Shown: positions 46,296 through 59,273 of the stretch, in pieces
Position numbering within the stretch: the first letter of the stretch is position 1
Layout of the letters: each line of letters opens with the position of its first letter
NCBI GenBank assembly: GCA_013265495.1
Contig: MU061538.1
Span: 62,001-126,000, forward strand
Direction of reading: 5' to 3'
DNA: 64,000 nt
Source of the DNA: Vicugna vicugna
Taxonomy: Eukaryota
Program-made: the position numbers and the translations under genes
The notes under the pieces: model-generated
The model's input: the letters and a program-made list of their open reading frames with translations, nothing else
Database searches by the model: none
Told to the model about the DNA's origin: nothing

Positions 46296-47674
46296 GTAGG
46301 TCGACCCAGAAGGCAGCACCTCTGTGCGACATGCGGTGAAAGGGAGCCAGGCTCTGTTCAGCTAAGACGAGCAGAGGCGCCTTCTGTCAGGGCCGTCCTG
46401 GAGAATTGCTGAAGTTAAGCCACATGTAAATGTTTCAGGGGTAAAAATGTGCATCGCTGAGCAACTGACTGCTGCTCATGGGTTTTTTGGGAATGTCTTA
46501 TTCAACCTGCAGGACCAGTGATGAGAGCTTATGAAGGGAAAGCAGCCTGATTATAAACTTCTTGGCTGGTGGTCTCTGTCATAGTTTCAATTTGACCAAG
46601 CGTTTGTGACCTTTAATTTTTCTCTTTAGATATTTAGGAACATGAGCTGAGGAACAGTTGTTGACTCTTGGGGGAGTTTTTCTTTACTAAAATTGATATC
46701 GCGATACTTTTTACTGAACTGTAGAACTGTGGTTACTAATTTAAGAGGAGCACTAGTCTGACTTAGAGAAGGTCTGATTATATAGTATTTATATAAAATT
46801 ATAGAAATAAAAGATGCAGAAGTAGTTTTAGGTAGTGGTTTTTAAGAAAAGTCTCCCACGTGCCCTCACCCCCTGCTGTGTGAATATAATTAGTTCCATG
46901 TGACAGATTCTCTAATCAAACTTTCACCCTCAGTGTCACTTGGATTTACACACCGGCTTAGTGTGCTGTTTTATTCAGAACTCCTGCGTTGAAATAGTGT
47001 CTTATTAAGTATAAAAGCAGCTCCCAGATGCTTGTGACTGCTGTCAGTTTACCCTCAGTCTCTGGCAGGCTTTACAGAGTGACCGGTGCTCACGCTGAGC
47101 TCCCAACCTGCCATTATTCAGGAGTTTGTCAGTGCAGTGGCGTTCAGGTATCTGGACTATGGTTATGAGCACACTGTTAGTATTATCAGTATTTTAATTT
47201 AGTTCTTGAGCTCTTCTGTTAATAAAAGCACTGGTTTTTGTATTTGTTATAATAGTTGCTTTTACTGTTTTTCACCAACGAGCCAGAATTTGAGGCCAAC
47301 AAATTGAGGGACGGTTCTCATGGATTACTGGTCACTAGGCCTGACCTGGCTCCGGTGTTAAGTGCAGCTGTGGGTGTCTCTGCACTTAGGTTTGGGGAGC
47401 CTCAATGTCTACCTCCCTTAAATTAGGAGTTTTGGCAACATGACCTCTCTGAGTCTTCCAGCTCTAAAATTCTCTCTTCTATTGGGTACCAGTAGCAAAG
47501 CAGTTGTTTAATGAACACCATTGTATGTTCCATAAATAATGTGTGTACATCTTCGGCAAGTTAAGCATAAACTAAATTTGCTCAGCAAACCTTTGTAAAT
47601 ACTGGTACTCTGCACTGCTGAATCTGGACTGGCACTGTTATGTTGCTCGCTGAGCAACGACTGCTCTGTTTTAG

Positions 47675-47829
47675 GCATTCTGTATGCATTACCTGGATCT
47701 GAGCGGGCGCTGCAGGGCGCCATCCAGGACCTGTGTGTGGTGTGGTGGGAGAGAGGCCTGCCCGCCAAGGAGGACATGGGGAAGACCGCCTTCGTCATGC
47801 TGCTGCGGAGGAGCCTTGAGACGAAGACG
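47675..47829 (+). CDS. NCAPG2: NCAPG2 exon 5 (GILYALPGSERALQGAIQDLCVVWWERGLPAKEDMGKTAFVMLLRRSLETKT)
   Basis: ttttag| acceptor, |gtgtgt donor, 155 nt. Confidence 0.94.
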
Positions 47830-48974
47830 GTGTGTGCCCTTCCTAAGACGTGTGCTGCGTTGTGCTGGAAAAGTGCCCGTGTTTACACCGGCTGAGAGCT
47901 ATGCTTGCTTGTGAGAGGCTGGGCCCAGGGCTCCCGGTCAGGGGCGGTCAGAGACAGGCCATTGAGGTGGGCGGCAGCTCCGTGTGCAGACTCTCTCCCC
48001 TGTCTTCCTCGGTGTGTGTCCTGTCCTCCCTCTGGTCACTTTGCAGTCGCAGGGTGGCTATCCACCTCCACCTTTTGTGTGAGTTTCAGGCAGGGGAGCA
48101 GCCAGGCCAGATCTTCTCAGAAATTCCCAGCTGGCATCCAGCAGCCATGTCACCTGCCACACTGGTCTGCTGGCTAGTGGAGTTTTCAGAGGACACACTG
48201 CCTTTCGGCAAAAGTGGGGCCTTTGTAGGGGGAGGAAGGGGTGAGGGACTGAGGTGGGCGGCTGTGCTCTGTGGTCCTACAACGGGAGTGGGTGGCACGG
48301 ATGGTCAGGGAGAGCCTGCAGGCCCGAGGGCTGGGCTTCAGACTGCCCCCCCAGGCCAGTGGAGAGCATGCATGAGGGGAAGCTATACCTTGGGCTGTTT
48401 CTCATCCTGTAATCTTTGGTATGCAGTCCAGAAACCCAGAAAAAGTCTAGTTTTTTCCCCTGGTCAAGACAACAGATACTTATATTCATCTTTGAAAACG
48501 GGACAAATGAGGAAAAGGGAAAGTGAGGAAGATAAAAATTGGCCACACCCAGGATGACCGTGTGACCTGGGGATCTGTAGGGAACCCCCTTTGACGCCCA
48601 CCCCTTACATCTTTACTTCCTCGTCATAGATCCTAGAAATGAAGCTTGTGAGTTTGAACTGGGAGCTCTTGCTCAAGTTGCCAGCAGCTTTCTCTAAAGT
48701 TCACACCGGCCATGTCCTTTCCACCGTGGGGCAGTCCATCTCACCTGGGCCTCCAGGGAGCAGTCAGTTTTATGGCAGAAAAGAACCTTTTTGGCTGAGT
48801 CATCTGGCTGCCAGCCTTTCCCTGCTGGCCATGGAGTGACTGAAAAACCCTCGTTTGTGTCAGAACGTATACTTACGCTATAGTTAGTTTGCCTTTTAAA
48901 AGTCCATTTCCCCCACCATGTTTGTTTAGCTTTTACGTCAAGACTTTATTTAATGTCTTCCTAATGTTCTACAC

Positions 48975-49170
48975 CTGTGCTATTTAATACAGCAGCCACT
49001 AGTCACATGGGGCCATTTAAATTTCAAGTCAAGAAATTATAGATTTGCTTCCCTGGTGGCATTGGACCTGTTGTGATTGCCCATAGCCCAACGTAGCCGA
49101 CGGCTCTGCACCGGTCAGCACAGGCCCACGTCCTTGTGGTCCCACAAAACTGCTGAACAGCACTGGCTAG
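48975..49170. mobile_element. hAT-Charlie MITE (MER3-like) remnant
   Basis: TGTGCT..AATACAGCAGCCACTAGTCACATG..ATTTAAATT start motif. Confidence 0.5.
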
Positions 49171-49413
49171 CAACAACTCTGCCTGCTTTTACCTGTGTTT
49201 TTTAAAAAAAAATATTCTCTAGAGTTCCATTTGCAAATTTTAGTAACATCTGCAGATTTTAAAATCTGTTTTCTCTTGTCATTATTTCTTCCTTTGGATG
49301 AGTAATCTAGAGTTGTAATTATTTATGATATAAAATACTCTCATAGTTAATTTGAAATGTGACCTTTCCATTTTTTAAAATACTCTAACATTTTCCTTTT
49401 CACGTTGTCCCAG

Positions 49414-49548
49414 GGTGCAGACATATGTCGGCTTTGGCGTATTCATCAAGCTTTGTATTGCTTTGATTATGATTTGGAGGAAAGTAGAGAAATTAAAGAT
49501 ATGCTGCTTGAGTGCTTCATAAATGTTAATTACATCAAGAAAGAAGAG
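49414..49548 (+). CDS. NCAPG2: NCAPG2 exon 6 (GADICRLWRIHQALYCFDYDLEESREIKDMLLECFINVNYIKKEE)
   Basis: tcccag| acceptor, |gtaaat donor, 135 nt. Confidence 0.95.
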
Positions 49549-49979
49549 GTAAATGGCTTTTCTTTTTTGCCGTTCTTGTGCGCTTGTCTTTAATGGAAGC
49601 TCTTCCTAGTTCGTGTGTTTGGTGTTTGCGTCACACTCAGTGTTTTAGTAAAAAACCAGCTTAACTGTCAGGAGCTACTGTGTGTGCTGCACATTGCTCT
49701 TGCTGCGTGGCAATATTAGGCAAGGATTTTACGAGTCCTTGCTTATTTCATCATTAAATCGGATGGTCACAGGTGGCTGTGTGAATCCTAGGGGAACCAT
49801 GATTGTATTTTGAATTAAGAATGATTAAAAAAAAGGTTGAGAAAGCTCTTCCCCATGGGTCAGATCTGATCCTCTGCCCTGATTCCAGGTTGACAGGCAT
49901 ATACTCAAAACCATCATCACACAGTAGCCTTTCTTCCGCCTGTCCAGTAAATCCAAAAAGAGGCTTTCAGCCACTGCTC

Positions 49980-50240
49980 CAGTGTCCAGTCTGGTGGTCA
50001 CTCCCACACATGGCTACTGAGCATGTGCAGTATGGCCGGTCCAGTTGTGGCCTTCAATGTAAGATACACGTGGATTTGAAATGTAATATGGAAAAAGAAG
50101 GTGATGTATCCCATTAATAACTCTACATATTTATTGCATATTTAAGAGACAGTATCTTGGTTATATTGGATTACATGGATGTATTATTGGAACCATGTAA
50201 TTAAGCTTTTTCCTTGTGTTAATATGGCTGCTGGAGAATC
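49980..50240. mobile_element. hAT-Charlie MITE (MER33-like) remnant
   Basis: CACATGGCTACTGAGCA..TGTAAGATACAC..GATTTGAA..GGTTATATTGG..AATATGGCT. Confidence 0.55.
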
Positions 50241-50999
50241 AGAAGTCACGGGGAGCTTCCCGTTCCTCTGCACAGCGCTGATCTGCTGTCTTGGGGTTTC
50301 CTGGGCCGTTTATTGAAGACTGACTGTTCCCTCATGGGAACACCTTTTATTGTAGAAAACAGCTTGCTTTCTGGGTTCTTGTGGCCTAGCAGGTGGGGGT
50401 TAAGACAGAAGGAGGCAGTCATCACCCCTTTGTGAAGGAGGTGGGGCAAGACTTCCCAAAGGTGGAGGAGGAGGCCCGCAATGGAGGTGGTGAAAGGTCT
50501 GACGGCTGGTCAGCAGGAGAGATAGGATATGACCCAGTTTGCGGGCTCCCCAGGCTCTGCCTCCCACTGGCATGGCTGAAGGGCTGGATGTGGTCACTGA
50601 CGCTGGCCGAGACCTCGGCTCTCGGGGTCTGAAAGGCTGTGTTCACATCTCTGTTCGTCCACTGAATAGGTGGTGGCCATGATCAGACTTTTTCAACCTC
50701 AGTGTTTCCTTCTGTAAAACAGGGACGCAGTTGCCTTGTTGCAGGGCCCCGAGCGGCTCAGGAGTGATGTCCACTGGGCAGGAAGGGCAACATCATCCTT
50801 GTTGGAAGGATGTGGTATGCGTGGCCTGTGTCCTGAGCCTCTTCTCTCCAGGATGGTTGTGAAATGTTGGGAGAGTAAAGAAATTCAGAGTGGGTTCGGA
50901 CAGATAAGCTTTATTTCTGTTTGTTGGCTTCTGCACAGCAGTTGATGAACCACTCATATAACGTGTGTACACATGTCCAATTTCAGCTGGACTATAAAG

Positions 51000-51188
51000 A
51001 GACAGAGACAGATACACACGTGCATGCACATGTATACCAGAGACAGATACGTGTGTGTGCATGTGTACGCCAGAGACAGATACACACATGTGTGCACGTG
51101 TGTGACAGAGACAGATACATGTGTGTGCACATGTACGCCAGAGACACACACGTGTGCATGTGTGTGACAGAGACAGATACACACATGC
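51000..51188. repeat. Minisatellite of CAGAGACAGATAC plus (CA/TG) palindromic units
   Basis: About 6 recurrences of the CAGAGACA(GATAC) motif. Confidence 0.85.
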
Positions 51189-52141
51189 TACAGCTCTCTC
51201 TTTAGTTCATGTGCTCTTTTGAATTAGTTTCTTGGTCAGTCATTAATTTGGTCAGATCAGTTTCCAGTCATTCTGGGTAAAAAAAAATATATCTTCTACA
51301 CACTACTGGCAAGTTACTTCCAGTAAATATTTTTTTAAGAACTTGTGTGTTGCCAGCTTGGTCACCGTGCCATTGGTATCAAAGTGTGTTACGTCTGTGG
51401 GATTCCAGATGTGGTCATGTGCCAGGAAGCAGTGAAGAGGTGGCCGTGCTGCTGGCAGGGAAAAGTCACGCTTGATGTATCTTGCGCTCCAATAGGGAGT
51501 AACTGTGGTGTTCTTGGTGTCTACGCTACTGTGTGTGGTCTCGTAGTCTCGCAGTGTGCATGTCGACCAGTGTCACATGATGCATGCGTGACACTTAATA
51601 ACTGCATGTAGTACATGGAGACTGCATGCATTTGAAAATTCTACCTTGGCAAATACTTGGCTTATTACTTTACAAGTCCTCAATTTTCTCTTTTGTAAAA
51701 GATGAAATGAACTGATGTTCAGTTCCATTCCCACCCCACAATGCTAGATTTCAAGCATTCTTTGATCCTAGGTCATGTAGACATTCGTGACAGAGCCAGA
51801 ATGAAGTGTTTTGGGGCCATTTGGCTTGCCTTCTGGGCAGCGTGTAAATGTCTGTGAAATCCTGTGGTCGAACTGGAGGGAGCTCCGTGGTAGGAGCTGC
51901 TACACCCTCTACAGGGGCCCCCCTGCCGCCTGGGGCCCAGCTCGGTCCCTCCAGGACTCCCACTGCTGTCCCACCGAAGCTTGTCCCCAGGGCGTCTCAG
52001 TTACAGTTACGGGGGCTTCCCTACCGGGAGGAGTAGCAAGCATCAGTGTTAGTAAGCAGGCAGACAATTGTTTGTGATTTTGTTACTGGGAGCTTGTTAT
52101 TTGGTTGCAATTTTAACATTATATCCTTTTTTTTTTAATAG

Positions 52142-52236
52142 GGAAGAAGATTTCTTAGCTCTCTCTTCAATTGGAATATAAACTTTATTAAAATGATCCA
52201 TGGGACCATTAAAAACCAGTTACAGGGATTACAAAA
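52142..52236 (+). CDS. NCAPG2: NCAPG2 exon 7 (GRRFLSSLFNWNINFIKMIHGTIKNQLQGLQ)
   Basis: taatag| acceptor after a poly-T tract, |gtaagt donor, 95 nt. Confidence 0.95.
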
Positions 52237-52726
52237 GTAAGTATTAAAGGTAATTAATATTTTGTGCTGTCTTAGCCTGGTTTTGAAAATTTCTATTTGA
52301 CATGACTTCTTAGTTATGCCAATGTATAAGAAGCTTTAGAAACTGTCTCTTAAATTATATGATTCACTGTGTGCTGTTGTGCCTCTGAGTGTTTTTTCTT
52401 GCTGCAGGAAACTGTTCTCTTTCAGCAGTGATACTGAAATTAAGGCTTACTTTGTGGTAGTCCTTTATGTCCTGGTTGACTATCAGCCCCAGTCACAGGA
52501 AAGCCCGTGTGACCAGCACTTCTGCGTAGGTGCCCCGTCTTCCTCCCTTCCTGTGGGCTGAGCTGTGGTTGGTGGAAGAGCCCTGGGATGGGGGTGTAGG
52601 ACGCAGGCCTTCGCCCGAGCTCCCAGCCTCTGGGGCCCCTTCAGTGGGCGGAGCTGTTTGCGGGGTTTGGGGTAGGTACTTAATCTGCTCTGGAGCTGAG
52701 GAGCTGACATTTTATTTTTATTTATA

Positions 52727-52759
<33 letters not shown>

Positions 52760-52761
<2 letters not shown>

Positions 52762-52924
52762 TTTTTTAACTTGTTGATTGCCCCACTGGATTGGCTGCCC
52801 CCGAGGAAACAGCTGTCACCCGATTGGGGTGGCGTGGCGATCACCATGTTAACCGGGCACTGGGGGTGGACCCGGACCTCGTGCACGCTGAGCACACGTC
52901 CCACCACTGAGCGCCACCCTCCCC
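52760..52924 (-). mobile_element. tRNA-derived SINE (camelid type), GC-shifted, next to a (TG)n(TA)n microsatellite
   Basis: ACTGGGGGTGGACCC.GGACCTCGTGCACGCTGAGCACA..CCACTGAGC..ACCCTCCCC is a reverse tRNA-like head. Confidence 0.6.
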
Positions 52925-53508
52925 GCAAGTCGACACACTAGAACTGAAGCCTCAGACGCCTCAGGCGGGTGGGCCTCAGACTTGGGTCCCCGTCGCGCAG
53001 CTCTGAGTGCTGAGCTGGGGTCTGACCCTGGGCCGGTCAGTTTACTGGGGTGCTTTCCCCTGCCCTCACTTGGAGAGTATTTGGGTTGAAGCAGCCGGCT
53101 TCCTAACTATGGGTCTGAAGTCGGTCCTCGTATCTCAGGGCTCCCTGCGCCTGAGGGAATCAGTCTGGAAAGTCCAAAATGACTCCAAGTCGAAAATTTA
53201 TTTATATTTAAACATCTGTTACTTAAGAATTTGGTTCTGGGCTTGCGTTCTCATAGTTTTACAGAAAATAGTGAAGTTCTGGGGAGGTCTTGACTGAGAA
53301 AGAAGAAAACGGTTTGATATTTCAATTGTCCTTCTCCAACCTTTTTTTGTAACTTTCTGCTACAGGCAGATAAGGACTCTCTACTATGCAAAGCACTAGT
53401 CTGAAACTAAGTTTCTTCTTCCCTAGGATAGGAGAATGCCTGCAATGATACACTTTAAAAGTATAATCCTTTGAACTTGCAATAAAAATGTTTGATTTTT
53501 TTTAACAG

Positions 53509-53578
53509 ATCTTTAATGGTACACATTGCAGAAATTTATTTCAGAGCTTGGAAAAAGGCTTCAGGGAAGACACTGGAG
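53509..53578 (+). CDS. NCAPG2: NCAPG2 exon 8 (SLMVHIAEIYFRAWKKASGKTLE)
   Basis: taacag| acceptor, |gtattt donor, 70 nt. Confidence 0.94.
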
Positions 53579-53879
53579 GTATTTCCTTCCATTTTATGAA
53601 ATGTTAACACATTTTTATTGTGTTCTGGTTACTAATTAGATAGCGACAGTAGGGCTATTTGAAACCTGTGCTGGTGCTTGTCTGTCACACTGAAGGCCAC
53701 GGCGCGAGTCCACGGGACAAAGACGTGTCACGATGGTTACATCGGAACCCATGTGACAGTCGTGTCCTCTGGTCTCAGGTCGCGTCCTGGCTTGCACACA
53801 GCCTCCGGGGCCCCGTCACTCGGCACCAGGTGCAGTCGAGTGGTGCCGAGCTTTGCCCCGGTCACTCGGGCAGCTCCAG

Positions 53880-54165
53880 CCCTGTGCTGTCTGGCCACGT
53901 GTGGCTGCCTGGTGTTTGAGACGGGCTGTAACTATAAGAGACGCACCAGTCTTGGAAGACAGTGTGGAAAAGAGGAAAGTGAAATATCTCATGGGTATTA
54001 AAAAAAAAAGTATTGATTACACATTGAAAGGATAGTGTGTTGAATATATTGGGCAAACAAAATATGTTATTAAAATAATTTTGCCCTTTTTTCTGTTTCT
54101 AACGTGGGCACTAGAGAATTTGAAGTTGCTTTTGTGGCTTGTGTCTTGTCTCTGTTGGACAGGGC
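53880..54165. mobile_element. hAT-Charlie MITE (MER33-like) remnant
   Basis: Same layout as 49980-50240, ending in CTGTTGGACAG. Confidence 0.55.
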
Positions 54166-55218
54166 TCCTTGGCAACCTCAAGCCACCTCTTTAGCGACAT
54201 GGTTTGAGAATTTAAAGATGTTTGTGTGAATACGGCTAACCTTTAGTAACTGTATGCACCTGCATTCTGACTGTGCAGTTCACGACCACAGGTAAAGATT
54301 CACAGACCCTTTTGGAAAAAAATTAAAAGAGAGTGTCCTTGTCTGATACTCCCTTGTGTTTTTCTCATCCTAGGTTCTCAGATGTGTTTTCTTTCCTTCT
54401 GAGAGTACAGTCTGTACTCTGAGTCAAAAGGGGTCTTTCCTCTTTGGGAACAGGCCCTGGACGGGCGGGTGGGGAGGCAGAGGAGGGGCAGCCCCCTGAC
54501 GTTTGGAGTCTGTTTCCATCCGCTGTGCTCTCCTGGCCAGCGGAAGCTTGGGTTAGACTTGCCAGGGTTTCACTGACTCTGCTCCTAGAGAGAAGGCGCT
54601 GTCACTTGTGTCCCCCATTGACAACTGCTGAAATAGGTTTACAATGTATGATTTGGGGCGAAAGGGCAAAACAAGGACTTTGTTCTGTAGTTCTTTGCAC
54701 TGCTTTATTGCTACATGAAACTTGTTCCCAGAGTGGAGTTCATCCCCCCGTTCTTCAGTAGTGGTTTAAAACTGGGCGTTTGTAGTTGAAACCTTAACTG
54801 ACTAGGTCTGCCCCAGATTAGCACCAGCAGCTTGCGCTTCGCAGGCTCGCTCCCTTCCCTCTCCTCCCGCCGCCCCGCCAGCGTTTAGAGCAAGGCCCAG
54901 ACCTGGCATCCCCTGTCTGTGTCCTGGAGTGCGTGTCTCTGGGAAGGGTGGTTGTACAGTGCCAGGATCATACTTACCAAAGTTAACATATTTGAATTTC
55001 TCATAAAAGTGGCCGGAAGTTTAAAAAATAAATTTCGCAGCTTTGTTTCAAAAATGTCTTCTTACAGTTTTTTTGGAATCGGAATCTAACCGTTCTCCCA
55101 ATGGCACTTGCTTGTTACATCATTTAAATCTCTCAGAGTGCTCCTCCCTCTTCTGTTTTAAAAAACTCTGCCACTGACATGCTGGGAGACCCAGGCCATT
55201 GCCCTGCAGGGCACTCTT

Positions 55219-55320
55219 GTTCTGGCGGCTGGCTCTCAGTGTCAGCCCCGCGGTTCTGGCGGCTGGCTCTCGTCGTCAGCTGCGCGGTTCTGGCAGCTGG
55301 CTCTCGGTGTCAGCCCCGTG
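55219..55320. repeat. 34-bp tandem repeat x3 (GTTCTGGCGGCTGGCTCTCAGTGTCAGCCCCGCG)
   Basis: Units start at 55219, 55253 and 55287. Confidence 0.9.
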
Positions 55321-56015
55321 GCCCGGACACTTGCCTGGTGGTGTTGCTTTCTCCTTGTCACCACAAGTCAGACTCAGGTTTCTACGTGCAGTGATGCTGA
55401 GATTTACTGGCAGCTTCAGGTGGGTGAGATCGTTTTATAGATAGTGGAGAAGAGGTAAATATTGACAGCACGGTTTCCTACATCCTTCCCTGAAGCCATG
55501 GAGTCCTGGGTGTGGGGTAGCGTGCAGGCGAACAGACCAGACCTCCTGGGTCCTGGCGCCCATGTCCCATCTCTGCCCCGCCCCTCTGCGGCAGCCCTGG
55601 AAGGCTGTGTTTCGGTCAGTTTGGAATCCTGGCCGCGCCTTAGCAGTAGCTCAATGTTAGGTCTGCAGGGATGCTTGCACAGATGTAGTTTTCCAGATTA
55701 GCAGGATGGCGCAGAGAGGGGGCCCCCGCCTCGCTCGTCCCCCGCGCTCTGTCTGACTGGCTGGAGCTGGCTCCAGGGGTCAGGGGAGGCTTGCCCTCTG
55801 TTTAGCGCGGATTAGATGTTTCATCAAATAAGGTAGCGGCTCTTTGGTATGTGACAGCGGAAGGAGTTCTAAAGGTGTGGGGTTAAAGCGGGAGCGCTCT
55901 GGTGCAAGGACCCAGGCCCTTTCCCTCACAACGCAGAAGGTGAACAGGTCAGACTGTCTTCCCCACCCACGTGTGCTGGCGCCCCCCAAGCTCTCACACT
56001 GGGTTTTCACTCCAG

Positions 56016-56102
56016 GCCATCGAGAATGACTGCATCCAGGACTTCATGTACCACGGGATCCACCTGCCTCGGAGTTCTCCGGTGCACCCCAGAGTGCGCG
56101 AG
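56016..56102 (+). CDS. NCAPG2: NCAPG2 exon 9 (AIENDCIQDFMYHGIHLPRSSPVHPRVRE)
   Basis: ctccag| acceptor, |gtgagc donor, 87 nt. Confidence 0.95.
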
Positions 56103-56417
56103 GTGAGCCTGACCTGTCAGCATTTTCAGAAGTCACGCCTCATCTTGTTTGTTTTTAGAGAATTGTTTTTGTGAAATGTTGCTATGCTTTCACAGGCATC
56201 AGTTAAAGGCATTTCTCAGGATCTTGATATTTGCAGTCTGGGAGTTTTACCCTGCCTCCAGAGTTTACAGTAGGAAAGCAAAGGTGTGGCTACTGTTACG
56301 ACATCAGAACTTTGTTCACAAAATCTTTCATTAAATTCTTTGACATAAAAATGTCCAGAACCATCACTCCCTAACTGCCACCACCATGTTTTTCAAAGAA
56401 GAGGATATTTGAGTCTT

Positions 56418-57090
56418 TTTAATTGAAGTAGTCAGTTTACAGTGTAATTTCTGTTGTGCAGCAGTGATTCAGTCATCCGTATCCACATGTATACACACTC
56501 CTTTTCATGTTCTTCTTCATTGTAGGCTGTTATGAGGTATTGGATGTAGTCCCCTGTGCTGCACAGTAGGACCTTGCTGTTTATCTATTTTCTGTACAGT
56601 AGTGTGTGCCTGCAAATCCCAAACTCCCAATTTATACCTCCGCCCCCCCTTCCCCCTGGTAACCACAAGTTTGTTTTCTGTGTCTAAATCTGTCTCTGTT
56701 TTGTAAATAAATTCGTTTGTGTCATTTTTTTTAGATTCCACATGTAAGTGATATATAGTATTTTTCTTTCTTTTCTGGCTTACTTCACTTAGAATGACAG
56801 TCTCTCAGTTCATCCATGTTGCTGCAAATGGCCTTACTTCATTCTTTTTTATGGCATAAATATACCACAGCTTCTTTATCCAGTCATCTGTCAGTGGACA
56901 TTGAGGTTGCTTCCACTTGGCTATTGTAAATAGTGGTGCTAGAGTTTTCTCTAGATATATGCCCAGGAGTGGGATTGCTGGATCATATGGTAACTGTATT
57001 TTTAGTTTTTTGAGGAATCTCCATGCTGTTTTTTCCACAACGACTGCACCAAACTACATTCCCACCAGCAGTGTAGGAGGGTTCCTTTTT
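56418..57090 (-). mobile_element. 5'-truncated L1 (ORF2 C-terminus and 3' UTR), antisense in NCAPG2 intron 9
   Basis: Minus-strand peptides WRFLKKLKIQLPYDPAIPLLGIY and WIKKLWYIY..PFAATWM match the L1 ORF2p C-terminus. Confidence 0.92.
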
Positions 57091-59273
57091 ATTTGAGATT
57101 ATTTTTATTATTTATTCTCATACATTACATTTCCGTTTTGGTATCCTGCAAACCAAATGGATGAAATGTTTCGATGGTTTCTCTTCTAAGATTTTGTCTT
57201 TGAAAGGTCCTCTCGGAATCTGGGTGTGGGCGTGTCCTGGGTCACACGTGGCCTGAGTAAACCAGGCTTTGCTGTCAGAGTGACCCTGTCACACCCATGG
57301 GGTCTGATGGTCACAGTAACCTTGCAGGAAGACAGGCCATCGTGTCTCTATCGGTCAGTGTCCAGATCCCCCAGCGATGCCTGTTTGCTGTCTTGGCGCC
57401 AGCCGTGTGTCAGGAAGCTGAGGGAGTAGAGGCAGCCTCGCTGCTGTTTCGTGCAGTGAGGCCGCTGTTGCTGGTGGGATGCAGGCATACTAATTATACG
57501 GAGTTTGCGTGGACAGGAAGCATTTCTTTTACGTTACTATTTACTTTGCATCTTCCAAAGATGAAGAACCCAGAGATAAATATATTCAATTGCTCCACCC
57601 CCCAGCACGTGCGCACACACACACACACACACAATCCCAGTGTGCTTCATTGAGTTGTAGGTCAGTTTGGTGTTTCAGATACTGTTTAGCCATAAGGAAT
57701 CGTGTCATAGTCAACTGTACAAGTTTGTGACATAGTTGCTTTGCTCCTGGCCCCAAATGACTAAAGATGTTTTTCATATCTGGTTTTCTGTTGTGGTAGT
57801 GTGAGTAATTAGGATATTATAAGTATAGATATAATCATTTGTTAAATTTATGGAAAAATGCACAGAAAGAATTGAAAGGAAGAATATCAGATTTCACTTT
57901 TCAAATGAAATGTATTCCTGGACTCCAAGTAATGTTCTCACTGCTTATAACACATTATAGTTTCTCAGATCCTTTTTTTGATAAACATCAAATTTACGTT
58001 ATAAATCATTTTATTGATATGGTGAAAGGTTTTAGCAGATGCCTTAGAAGTCATTTGAAAGTAAAAAGTCCCCACGTTGTTAATGAAAGTCTTCTGAAAT
58101 TAGATAGTAATGATTACACAACTCTGAATGTACTAAAACCCACTGCTACTTACATCTCAAAGCGGTCTGACAAGCTTTCTGTGAATACCATTGATATCGA
58201 ATTAATATTGTACACACACAAAATTATAGATTCATATCACTTAGCACCATATAAAATCTTGTAAATAAAAAAATTAAGTCAGAAAAAGTAATCCCCAGAC
58301 TTTCAGGGTAAAGTTGATTCAAGTTCACCTAAAGTGTGTTCTGTTGTTTTATAGCCTAATTTAAAATTTTTTCCATTTTTCTGTAGCGTAATTTGAGCTT
58401 CAGGAGTTGTGAGCTAAGGAAGACAGGCAGGTTGTCGGGGGCAGGGTTCTGCGGAGAGCTGCGGGAGGAGTCTGGCTGGTTAGGAAGGGAGCAGGAAAGA
58501 AGAGCACAGGCGGGAAGCTGAGAGCAGCCCGTTTCCCGGTTGTGCCTGAGCTGTGGGCGACCTTGACGTCTGCGTGGGGCTCTCCCTGGGAAGGAGCCCC
58601 ACGAGCGGCGCTGCTGGGATGCAGCCATCCCTGGGTGCCTGCGGGGCTGGCCACCAAATCCACGGCCGCTCCAGGCCCTCTCGTGTACTTAGGCTGCCCG
58701 GATTACTTACGATCCCTGAGACCTCGTGAATGCTGTGCAGATAGTGACCAGCAAGCAGCAGACTGGAGTTTTGCCTTGGAGCTTTGTGGATTTTCTTCCC
58801 GAGTACTTTGTATCTGTGCTTGGTTAAACCCGCAGATGCAGAACTGGGTGTGGAGCGCTGACTATGTGCCTTTTGGGTGTCCGGTGTAGGCTCTCAGAAC
58901 AGCGGATGGTTGGAGCCAGAGCTCTTGAGAACCAGAGTGCCCTGTAGAAGCCACTCGGGCTGTTCCGTTGTCCACTTTACCCTGTTGGTCAGAGGTGCCA
59001 GTGCCTTTCCATGAGGTTTCCTGGCTGTTGGTAAAAGAGTAGAAACTGGAACCCAAAGCCACTGACCTCTTTCTGCCGTGGATTCCTTTGCCTGGTGAGC
59101 CGTGTTCAGTGCTGTCAGGATGCCTCTCCCCTGTGACTGCCGTCAGAAGAGACCGGCTGAGGCCTGTGAAGCCCAGGTGCAGCCCACGCTCCCTGGGTTT
59201 CTGCAGAGTGGATCTTAAATGCTTTTTTGGAAACAGCAACATCACCTCTCTGTTCTTCTTCTCTTGACTCTAG

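Noticed and set aside
53579..53590. Donor GTATTTCCTT resembling a U12-type 5' splice site
   Set aside because: Does not match RTATCCTT at +5/+6, and no TCCTTAAC branch motif precedes the exon 9 acceptor
57839..58264. 141-aa ORF in AT-rich NCAPG2 intron 9
   Set aside because: TTG start, contains an L1 3'-like fragment, and exons 9 and 10 already join in frame
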